From assembly GCF_988243305.1 (NCBI RefSeq), contig NZ_OZ547136.1: a stretch of DNA of 64,000 bases. One strand, given 5' to 3'. The notes under the pieces are model-generated. The model saw nothing but the letters and a program-made list of their open reading frames with translations, was not told the origin of the DNA and did no database searches. Positions 55,941 through 64,000 of the stretch are shown piece by piece (the first letter of the stretch is position 1; each line of letters opens with the position of its first letter). The translations under genes and the position numbers were made by a program.

Positions 55941-58010
55941 TTACTGCAACAGCGAAATATCCGCAACGCGCAGGAACAGTTCGCGCAGTTTCTCCAGCAT
56001 GGTCAAACGGTTAATACGCAATTCTTTGTCATCAACCATGACCATCACTTTATCGAAGAAGGCATCAACCGGTTCACGCAATTCAGCCAGTTCGACCAGC
56101 GCGTCCTGGTAACGACCTTCGGCGAAGTACGGCTCCAGTTTATCGCGCAGCACAACCACCTGCATCGCCAGTTTAATTTCTTCCGGCTCTTTCAGAGTAG
56201 AAGCATTCACGCGATCGCTCAGCACTTCGTCAGACTTCGCCAGAATGTTAGATACACGCTTGTTCGCCGCCGCCAGTGCTGCAGCTGCTTCCAGGGTACG
56301 GAAGTGCGATACCGCTTTCATTCGGGCATCGAAATCAGCCGGACGCGTCGGACGACGTGCCAGTACCGCCTGGATGGTGTCAACGGTGTAACCTTCGTCC
56401 TGATACCAGGCGCGGAAGCGACCGAGCATAAAGTCGATAACATCATCAACCACGTTGGCATTAGTCAGCTTATCGCCATACAGACGCACTGCTTCTTCGG
56501 TCAGCGTTTGCAGATCAAGGTTGAGGTTCTTCTCAACGATAATGCGCAGCACGCCAAGTGCGGCACGACGCAGCGCAAACGGGTCTTTATCGCCTTTCGG
56601 ATGCTGACCGATACCGAAAATACCCGCCAGGGTGTCCATCTTGTCAGCAATCGCCAGCGCACAAGCCACTGGGTTAGACGGCAGGTCATCACCGGCAAAA
56701 CGCGGCTGATACTGCTCGTTCAGCGCCACTGCCACATCTTCCGCTTCGCCATCGTGACGCGCGTAGTGCATCCCCATAACGCCCTGGGTGTCGGTGAACT
56801 CGAAGACCATGTTGGTCATCAGGTCACACTTAGACAGCAGGCCCGCACGGGTTGCGTGGTTAACGTCAGCGCCAATCTGTTCAGCAATCCAGCCAGCCAG
56901 CGCCTGGATGCGGTCAGTTTTGTCGCGCAGTGTACCCAGCTGTTGCTGAAACAACACGGTTTGCAGGCGCGGCAGGTTATCTTCCAGACGTTTTTTACGG
57001 TCGGTGTTGAAGAAGAACTCGGCATCCGCCAGACGTGGACGAACGACTTTCTCGTTACCAGAGATAATTTGCTGCGGATCTTTCGATTCGATGTTGGCAA
57101 CGAAGATAAAGTTCGGCAGCAGTTTGCCGTCGTTCGCATACACCGGGAAGTATTTCTGGTCACCTTTCATGGTGTAAACCAGCGCTTCAGACGGCACCGC
57201 GAGGAATTTCTCTTCGAATTTTGCGGTCAGCACAACCGGCCATTCCACCAGCGAAGCCACTTCTTCCAACAGGCTTTCGCTTAAGTCAGCGTTACCGCCA
57301 ATCTTACGTGCTGCTTCTTCGGCATCGGCTTTAATCTTCGCCTTACGTTCTTCGTAATCGGCGATGACTTTCCCGCGCTCACGCAGAATTTCCGGATACT
57401 GATCGGCGTTATCGATGGTGAATTCCGGCTCGCCCATAAAGCGGTGGCCGCGAATCACGCGATCGGACTGAATGCCCAGAATGGTAGCCGGAATAACTTT
57501 GTCGCCCAGCAGCAGGGTCACGGTGTGCACCGGACGCACGAAGTGCACGTCGCTTGCACCCCAGCGCATCAGTTTCGGGATCGGCAGTTTCGCCAGCGAA
57601 GTTGCAACCATATTCGGCAGCAGTGCTTCGGTGCTTTCGCCCTTCACGTGGGCGCGATACAGCAGCCATTCGCCTTTATCGGTAGTCAGACGCTCAGCCT
57701 GGTCAACGGTAATACCGCAACCACGCGCCCAACCTTCTGCCGCTTTGCTCGGTTTGCCTTCAGCGTCGAACGCCTGGGCAATCGCCGGGCCGCGTTTTTC
57801 GATTTCACGATCCGGTTGCGCTTCCGCCAGGTTAGCTACTTTCAGCGCCAGACGACGCGGAGCAGCAAACCATTGAACGGTGCCGTGTGCGAGGCCAGCG
57901 TTATCCAGCTCCACAGTAAAGTTCGCAGCAAAGGACTCAGCCAGGCTGCGCAGTGCTTTTGGTGGCAGCTCTTCAGTGCCGATTTCCACCAGAAAAGTTT
58001 TCTCAGACAT
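55941..58010 (-). CDS. glyS: Glycine--tRNA ligase beta subunit, 689 aa
   Basis: ORF track; recognised as GlyS. Confidence 0.97.
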   Translation of the reverse strand: MSEKTFLVEIGTEELPPKALRSLAESFAANFTVELDNAGLAHGTVQWFAAPRRLALKVANLAEAQPDREIEKRGPAIAQAFDAEGKPSKAAEGWARGCGITVDQAERLTTDKGEWLLYRAHVKGESTEALLPNMVATSLAKLPIPKLMRWGASDVHFVRPVHTVTLLLGDKVIPATILGIQSDRVIRGHRFMGEPEFTIDNADQYPEILRERGKVIADYEERKAKIKADAEEAARKIGGNADLSESLLEEVASLVEWPVVLTAKFEEKFLAVPSEALVYTMKGDQKYFPVYANDGKLLPNFIFVANIESKDPQQIISGNEKVVRPRLADAEFFFNTDRKKRLEDNLPRLQTVLFQQQLGTLRDKTDRIQALAGWIAEQIGADVNHATRAGLLSKCDLMTNMVFEFTDTQGVMGMHYARHDGEAEDVAVALNEQYQPRFAGDDLPSNPVACALAIADKMDTLAGIFGIGQHPKGDKDPFALRRAALGVLRIIVEKNLNLDLQTLTEEAVRLYGDKLTNANVVDDVIDFMLGRFRAWYQDEGYTVDTIQAVLARRPTRPADFDARMKAVSHFRTLEAAAALAAANKRVSNILAKSDEVLSDRVNASTLKEPEEIKLAMQVVVLRDKLEPYFAEGRYQDALVELAELREPVDAFFDKVMVMVDDKELRINRLTMLEKLRELFLRVADISLLQ

Positions 58011-58019
58011 AGCCGCCTC

Positions 58020-58931
58020 TTACTTATCTTTGTTGCACATCGGGAAGCCGAGGGCTTCACGGGAAGCGTAGTATGCTTCTGCCACTGCTTTGGTCAGGGT
58101 GCGAATGCGCAGAATGTAGCGCTGACGCTCAGTGACGGAGATGGCTTTACGCGCATCCAGCAGGTTGAAGCTGTGGGCGGCTTTCAGAATACGCTCGTAG
58201 GCTGGCAGCGGCAGCGGATTTTCCAGCGCCAGCAACTGCTGCGCTTCTTTCTCGTACTGCTCGAAGCAGGTGAACAGGAAGTCCACGTCCGCGTATTCGA
58301 AGTTGTAAGTGGACTGCTCCACTTCGTTCTGATGGAACACGTCGCCGTAGGTGGTTTTACCCAGCGGGCCGTCGCTCCAGACCAGGTCGTAAACGCTGTC
58401 TACGCCCTGAATGTACATGGCCAGACGTTCCAGACCGTAGGTGATCTCGCCGGTAACCGGTTTACACTCCAGACCACCAACCTGCTGGAAGTAAGTGAAC
58501 TGCGTCACTTCCATGCCGTTTAGCCACACTTCCCAGCCCAGTCCCCAGGCACCCAACGTCGGGTTTTCCCAGTTATCTTCCACGAAACGGATATCGTGGA
58601 TAGTCGGGTCCATGCCCAGCTCTTTCAGAGAACCAAGGTACAGCTCCTGAATATTGTCCGGCGATGGCTTAATGACCACCTGGAACTGATAGTAGTGCTG
58701 TAAACGGTTGGGGTTTTCGCCGTAGCGACCATCGGTCGGGCGACGAGAAGGCTGAACATAAGCAGCCGCCATCGGTTCTGGCCCCAGCGCGCGCAGACAG
58801 GTCATTGGGTGAGAGGTTCCCGCGCCGACTTCCATGTCCAATGGTTGAACAATGGTGCAGCCCTGGCGAGCCCAGTAATCCTGTAAGGTCAGGATCAAGC
58901 CCTGGAAGGTCCTGGTATCAAACTTTTGCAT
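58020..58931 (-). CDS. glyQ: Glycine--tRNA ligase alpha subunit, 303 aa
   Basis: ORF track; recognised as GlyQ; 9-bp spacer to glyS. Confidence 0.97.
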
Positions 58932-59025
58932 ATTATTTCGTGCTGGATACGTGTGGATTTAAAGGAAGGGATCAGTATACCCGCTGGATGGAAGATATAC
59001 AGTACGAAACGGGAAAAAGCAGGGC

Positions 59026-59334
59026 TTAACGCATGGAAAGATGCAAAAAATGGCCATCTGCGTCAAAAGAACAGACAAACTGCTCTTTACGGAAGGTATA
59101 ACCGCGCATTTCGTAGCTCCCCTGGAACTGTTCAAATGCGGTGACGTCGATTTTTTGCGCACCTGTATTATAGCGTTTTGCCGCCTGATCTTTGCATAGC
59201 CCTTCCATATTCAACGAACGCTGAGGATCAACCTTTACCCGTTGTGCTTTCTGCACGGGTGGCGGTGTAGAACAACCCACTAGCGCCATAAGCACCATAA
59301 GTGCCATTGCCGGAAAGAAAGAGTTCATCATCAT
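59026..59334 (-). CDS. ysaB: Small lipoprotein YsaB, about 99-102 aa
   Basis: ORF track; lipobox LVGC after three consecutive ATG codons; exact start among the three Met codons is uncertain. Confidence 0.85.
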   Translation of the reverse strand: MMMNSFFPAMALMVLMALVGCSTPPPVQKAQRVKVDPQRSLNMEGLCKDQAAKRYNTGAQKIDVTAFEQFQGSYEMRGYTFRKEQFVCSFDADGHFLHLSMR

Positions 59335-59508
59335 TAAATTACCGTCTGGTTTGCAGGTGAGTCTTATTATTTATATCGGTATAGTGGCTGATATCTTACG
59401 AATTTCCTTAAGCCTCTATAAGCTGTAGTGATAAAACTCAGATTATTCCAGTGCGCCAACCGAATGATTTATCGGTCAGACTTTTTTTAACCAGATACAG
59501 AGACACAG

Positions 59509-60504
59509 ATGCAGCCCAAAATTTACTGGATTGATAACCTGCGAGGGATAGCGTGTTTAATGGTGGTGATGATTCACACCACTACCTGGTATGTGACCAA
59601 TGCTCATAGTGTTAGCCCCGTCACATGGGATATCGCCAATGTTCTGAATTCTGCCTCTCGTGTCAGCGTGCCGCTATTTTTCATGATTTCCGGCTATCTC
59701 TTTTTTGGCGAACGCAGCGCCCAGCCGCGCCATTTCTTGCGTATCGGCTTATGTCTGCTTTTTTATAGCGCAATCGCACTGCTCTACATTGCGCTGTTTA
59801 CCTCCATCAATATGGAGTTAGCGCTGAAAAACCTGCTGCAAAAGCCAGTGTTTTACCACTTGTGGTTTTTCTTCGCGATTGCGGTGATTTATCTGGTTTC
59901 ACCACTGATTCAGGTGAAGAACGTCGGCGGAAAAATGTTGCTGGTGCTAATGGTGGTGATTGGTATTATCGCTAACCCAAACACAGTGCCGCAGAAAATT
60001 GACGGTTTTGAATGGCTGCCAATTAACTTATATATCAATGGCGATACTTTTTACTACATCCTTTATGGCATGTTGGGCCGCGCTATAGGGATGATGGACA
60101 CACAGCATAAAGCACTGTCGTGGGGGAGCGCCGCACTGTTTGCGACGGGGGTTTTTATTATCTCTCGCGGGACATTATATGAATTGCAGTGGCGCGGAAA
60201 TTTTGCCGATACCTGGTATCTTTACTGTGGGCCGATGGTTTTTATCTGCGCAATCACGCTATTGACTCTGGTTAAAAACACGCTGGATACGCGTACCGTT
60301 CGCGGACTTGGCTTAATCTCCCGCCATTCGTTGGGTATATACGGATTCCACGCCTTGATTATCCATGCACTGCGCACCCGGGGGATTGAGCTTAAAAACT
60401 GGCCAATACTCGATATTATTTGGATCTTTTGCGCGACGTTGGCAGCGAGTTTGTTACTTTCTATGCTGGTACAACGAATCGACAGAAACAGACTAGTGAG
60501 TTAA
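59509..60504 (+). CDS. wecH: Membrane O-acetyltransferase for enterobacterial common antigen (acyltransferase-3 family), 331 aa
   Basis: ORF track; polytopic membrane protein; recognised as WecH/YiaH. Confidence 0.93.
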   Translation: MQPKIYWIDNLRGIACLMVVMIHTTTWYVTNAHSVSPVTWDIANVLNSASRVSVPLFFMISGYLFFGERSAQPRHFLRIGLCLLFYSAIALLYIALFTSINMELALKNLLQKPVFYHLWFFFAIAVIYLVSPLIQVKNVGGKMLLVLMVVIGIIANPNTVPQKIDGFEWLPINLYINGDTFYYILYGMLGRAIGMMDTQHKALSWGSAALFATGVFIISRGTLYELQWRGNFADTWYLYCGPMVFICAITLLTLVKNTLDTRTVRGLGLISRHSLGIYGFHALIIHALRTRGIELKNWPILDIIWIFCATLAASLLLSMLVQRIDRNRLVS

Positions 60505-60545
60505 ATAAAGGCCCGGTCACATTGGACTGACCGGGCTTATGTGAA

Positions 60546-60983
60546 TTATTCGCTGTATTCTTCCTGGGTAACCTGTGTTTCTTTTGGTGGGTTTATTCCG
60601 GCATCACGAATATTCTTCTGCACCGCTACTGCACCAAACAAGCTTAAGAAGAAAGCTAGTCCATAAAAACCTTTCTCGCTGAGTAATAATGTCGCATTCC
60701 ACAGACCTACCATCAGTAATGCAACAGAGATAATAAAGACAGTCAGGCAGGTCATATAATAAATGGAAGTGGTCGGTATGCCTTCATACTTGTCCCGAAC
60801 GGTCTTTTGATAAGACGCCGCAGAAAACAGTCCTAATACCAGTACGGCAAAATAATATCCTTTTTCATTTAACTGCATCTCTGCATTCCATAGCCCTAAC
60901 AGATAGGTAACGATACCACCAACGAGAGCTATCCATGACACAATACTGAATGCCGGAGAATAGGTTGATATTTTGTTGTCCAT
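60546..60983 (-). CDS. yiaA: Inner-membrane protein YiaA (YiaAB two-helix repeat family), 145 aa
   Basis: ORF track 60546..60986 begins with GTG; start placed at the adjacent ATG ([17 protein letters not shown]). Confidence 0.9.
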
Positions 60984-61028
60984 CACAGTATTCCTTTCAT
61001 TCCTGAATGTGTAAGAGTTTTATGTTGC

Positions 61029-61370
61029 TCATGCCGGGCGAAACAAACGCATTTGACCAAACAAGCAGACAAAAAAGGCGATAGGGTAGATCACCATTTC
61101 ATAAGCATTGATAGGTGCGTTTAAAACACCGATAAACAAGAGACCGATAGTGATTAACGCAACTAACTGGCAGATGTGGGTAAAAAAATCATCCAGTTGC
61201 CCGAGTTTTTCTGCGCGAAGATATGCATAGTTGCCAAAAGTTGCCGTCATTAACACGCCAAGAAAATAGCCTTTTCCACTTAACAATGGGCATGAGATCC
61301 ATAGCCCAAGCAGATAAACCAGCGCCCCGACAACAAATAATATTTTTGCCACAGTCTTTGAGGTTTTCAT
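61029..61370 (-). CDS. yiaB: Inner-membrane protein YiaB (YiaAB family), 113 aa
   Basis: ORF track 61029..61412 begins with TTG; start placed at the internal ATG (MKTSKTVAKILFVVGALVYLLGLW). Confidence 0.88.
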   Translation of the reverse strand: MKTSKTVAKILFVVGALVYLLGLWISCPLLSGKGYFLGVLMTATFGNYAYLRAEKLGQLDDFFTHICQLVALITIGLLFIGVLNAPINAYEMVIYPIAFFVCLFGQMRLFRPA

Positions 61371-61537
61371 AACGAGCTCCATATCTACCAGTGATACATT
61401 ACGAGTAACCAACGAAAGACAAAACTGAAAAATGCCATTAACAAATGATTTCAGAATAAATTCATACTAAATATTAATTAATTACTGATATATATAGATG
61501 TGAATTATCCCCCACCCGGTCAGGCAGGGGATAACGT

Positions 61538-62992
61538 TTACGCCATTAATGGCAGAAGTTGCTGATAGAGGCGACGGAACGTTTCTCGTCGTGGCTGATA
61601 AGCGGCATAACGCTGCGCATCTGGTAGATGCGACTGTTCTAACGGCAGTTGCGGCAACAACTCAATGAGCGATTTCTCTGGATTCGCCGCAATCTGCGCC
61701 AGCCTTGCTGCGCCCAGTGCTGGCCCCACATCCCCCCCCGTACGGTAATCGAGCCGCTGACCGCTGATATCCGCCAGCATCTGACGCCAGTACTCACTAC
61801 GCGCCCCGCCACCAATCAACGTAACACTTTGCGGTTTAATGCCGCAGGCATGCACGACATCCATGCCATCTGCCAGCGCATAACCCACGCCTTCCAGCAC
61901 TGCTCGCGCCAGTTCCTTGGGACCATGTTGATGAGTCAAACCAAAGAAAACCCCCTTCGCCTGGGGATTATTGTGTGGTGTACGCTCGCCGGAAAGATAA
62001 GGCAGAAACCAAACTGGCTCGGCACTTTCATCAGCCTGTTGAGCAGCCGCGATTAAAGCTGGGACATTGTTCAGGCCCGTTAATTTCGCAGCCCAATCCA
62101 GACACGACGCTGCACTCAGCATCACAGACATTAAATGCCAACGCTGCGGTAGCGCATGGCAAAAGCTGTGTACGGCGCTTTCTGGCTTGCTTAAGAACCC
62201 TTCGCTGACAGCAAAATAGACCCCCGACGTCCCCAGCGATAACATTGCCTGATTAGCATCAACCATTCCTACACCAACCGCACCAGCTGCATTATCACCA
62301 CCGCCTGCGACAACTGGCACCGCCGCCATACCCCACGCTTTCGCAACTTCAGGTAACAAAGCACCAGTAATTTCGCTGCCTTCGTATAATGCGGGCATCT
62401 GGTCACGAGATAAGTGGCAAGCCTGCAGCATGACGTCACTCCAGTCACGCTTTGCGACATCCAGCCACATGGTGCCAGCTGCGTCAGACATATCGCTGGC
62501 AAACTCCCCCGTCATACGCAGACGCAAGTAATCTTTCGGTAACAATACTTTGTCGATTTGACGGAATATCTCCGGCTCATGCCGCTGAACCCATAGCAAT
62601 TTAGGCGCAGTAAATCCGGGCATCATCAGGTTACCGGTAATCACCCGCGATTGCGGAACTCGCGCTTCCAGCAAAGCGCACTCTTGCGCACAGCGCCCGT
62701 CGTTCCACAAAATGGCAGGGCGTAATAACCGTTGCTGGGCATCCAGTAAGGTTGCACCGTGCATCTGGCCGGCAATACCCAATGCTTTAACGTCCTGCAG
62801 AGAATGCTGATCGCCCAGGGCTTTCATTGCGCGATCAGTTGCCTGCCACCACTGTTCCGGGTCTTGTTCCGACCAGAGTGGATGCGGGCGCGAAACGGTC
62901 AGCTTTTCCGTTTGCGAAGCAACCACCTCGCCCTGCTCGTTGAGCAAAATAACTTTTACGCCCGAGGTGCCAAGATCTATCCCGATATACAT
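61538..62992 (-). CDS. xylB: Xylulokinase (FGGY family), 484 aa
   Basis: ORF track; recognised as XylB (MYIGIDLGTSGVKVILLNEQGEVVASQ...). Confidence 0.97.
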   Translation of the reverse strand: MYIGIDLGTSGVKVILLNEQGEVVASQTEKLTVSRPHPLWSEQDPEQWWQATDRAMKALGDQHSLQDVKALGIAGQMHGATLLDAQQRLLRPAILWNDGRCAQECALLEARVPQSRVITGNLMMPGFTAPKLLWVQRHEPEIFRQIDKVLLPKDYLRLRMTGEFASDMSDAAGTMWLDVAKRDWSDVMLQACHLSRDQMPALYEGSEITGALLPEVAKAWGMAAVPVVAGGGDNAAGAVGVGMVDANQAMLSLGTSGVYFAVSEGFLSKPESAVHSFCHALPQRWHLMSVMLSAASCLDWAAKLTGLNNVPALIAAAQQADESAEPVWFLPYLSGERTPHNNPQAKGVFFGLTHQHGPKELARAVLEGVGYALADGMDVVHACGIKPQSVTLIGGGARSEYWRQMLADISGQRLDYRTGGDVGPALGAARLAQIAANPEKSLIELLPQLPLEQSHLPDAQRYAAYQPRRETFRRLYQQLLPLMA

Positions 62993-63015
62993 ATCGATCG
63001 TTCCTTAAAAAAATG

Positions 63016-63040
63016 CCCGGTATCGCTACCGATAACCGGG
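63016..63040 (-). terminator. Intra-operon hairpin between xylA and xylB (cccggttatcg guag cgataccggg plus U7 on the minus strand)
   Basis: Stem-loop followed by TTTTTTT in the 71-bp xylA-xylB spacer; candidate partial terminator or mRNA-stabilising element. Confidence 0.55.
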
Positions 63041-63063
63041 CCAACGGACTGCACAGTTAGCCG

Positions 63064-64000
63064 TTATTTGTCGAACAGATAATGGTTTACCAGATTTTCC
63101 AGTTGCTCCTGGCGACCACTCTGATGCACCGGAGACAAATTGTGTTCCTGAGCATATTTGGCTAAATCTGCCAGTGACATTTGGCCTTTCAGGATTTGCT
63201 GGCCTAATTCGCTATTCCAGCCGGAATAACGCTGCGCGATGCGTTTATCCAGCTCACCATCTTCAATCATGCGTGCTGCAATTTTCAGCGCCAACGCCAT
63301 CGTATCCATCGCGCCGATATGACCGTAAAACAGATCATATTTATCAGTACTTTGACGACGTACTTTGGCATCGAAGTTCAGACCGCCGGTGGTGAAACCG
63401 CCTGCTTTGAGAATTTCATACATCACCAGCGCATTCTCTTCCACACTGTTCGGGAACTGGTCGGTATCCCAGCCCAGTTGTGCATCGCCACGGTTAGCGT
63501 CGACAGAACCGAACAGGCCAAGCGCAATGGCGGTGGCTATTTCATGATGGAAAGAGTGACCTGCCAGCGTCGCGTGGTTAGCTTCAATGTTCAGTTTAAT
63601 CTCTTTTTCCAGACCAAACTGTTTCAGGAAGCCATAGACTGTCGCAGCATCGTAATCATATTGATGTTTGGTCGGTTCTTGCGGTTTCGGTTCGATAAGC
63701 AACGTACCCTGGAAGCCGATTTTATGTTTATGCTCAACCACCATCTGCATAAAGCGGCCCAGTTGTTCACGCTCCTGACGCAGGTCGGTATTTAACAGCG
63801 TTTCGTAACCTTCACGACCGCCCCACAGGACATAGTTTTCACCACCCAATTTATGGGTTGCTTCCATCGCTGTAACAACTTGCGTTGCCGCCCAGCTGAA
63901 GACTTCAGGATCTGGGTTCGTCGCAGCACCCGCACCGTAGCGAGGGTTTGTAAAGCAGTTAGCGGTTCCCCACAGCAGCTTCACGCCGCTCTCTTCTTGC
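63064..64000 (-). CDS. xylA: Xylose isomerase, C-terminal about 312 codons (gene continues beyond the right edge of the window)
   Basis: ORF track 63064..63984 is truncated by the window edge; the reading frame stays open to 64000; WGGREG motif; recognised as XylA. Confidence 0.95.

Noticed and set aside
55842-57284. 480-aa plus-strand ORF opposite glyS, and 359-aa ORF at 57444..58523 opposite glyS/glyQ
   Set aside because: glyS and glyQ on the minus strand are unambiguous; the plus-strand ORFs are Arg/Gln/His-rich shadow frames

Overview
This window is a contiguous, gene-dense stretch of Escherichia coli chromosome, syntenic with the K-12 region around 79-80 min. Gene order is gadX'-gadA-ccp-treF-yhjB-yhjC-yhjD-yhjE-yhjG-pdeH-kdgK-yhjJ-dctA-pdeK-bcsCZBAQR / bcsEFG-(ldr/rdl array)-yhjV-dppFDCBA-proK-eptB-yhjX-yhjY-tag-yiaC-bisC-yiaD-ghrB-yiaF-yiaG-cspA-hokA-glySQ-ysaB-wecH-yiaA-yiaB-xylB-xylA'. 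All calls come from reading the six-frame translations and the DNA by eye and recognising well-known protein families and motifs; no database search was run. Start codons were moved to the canonical internal ATG wherever the ORF track over-extended the 5' end. I see no CRISPR array, IS element, prophage or integrase, and no convincing evidence for a previously undescribed system: this is ordinary core genome. The points most worth a second look are strain-level differences from what I recall of the K-12 reference: bcsQ is intact, the Ldr/Rdl type I toxin-antitoxin unit is present as three tandem copies rather than one, and hokA is not followed by an IS element. There is also an unannotated tRNA-Pro-like 3' fragment about 150 bp from proK. 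Reference-dependent statements rest on memory and are flagged as such.
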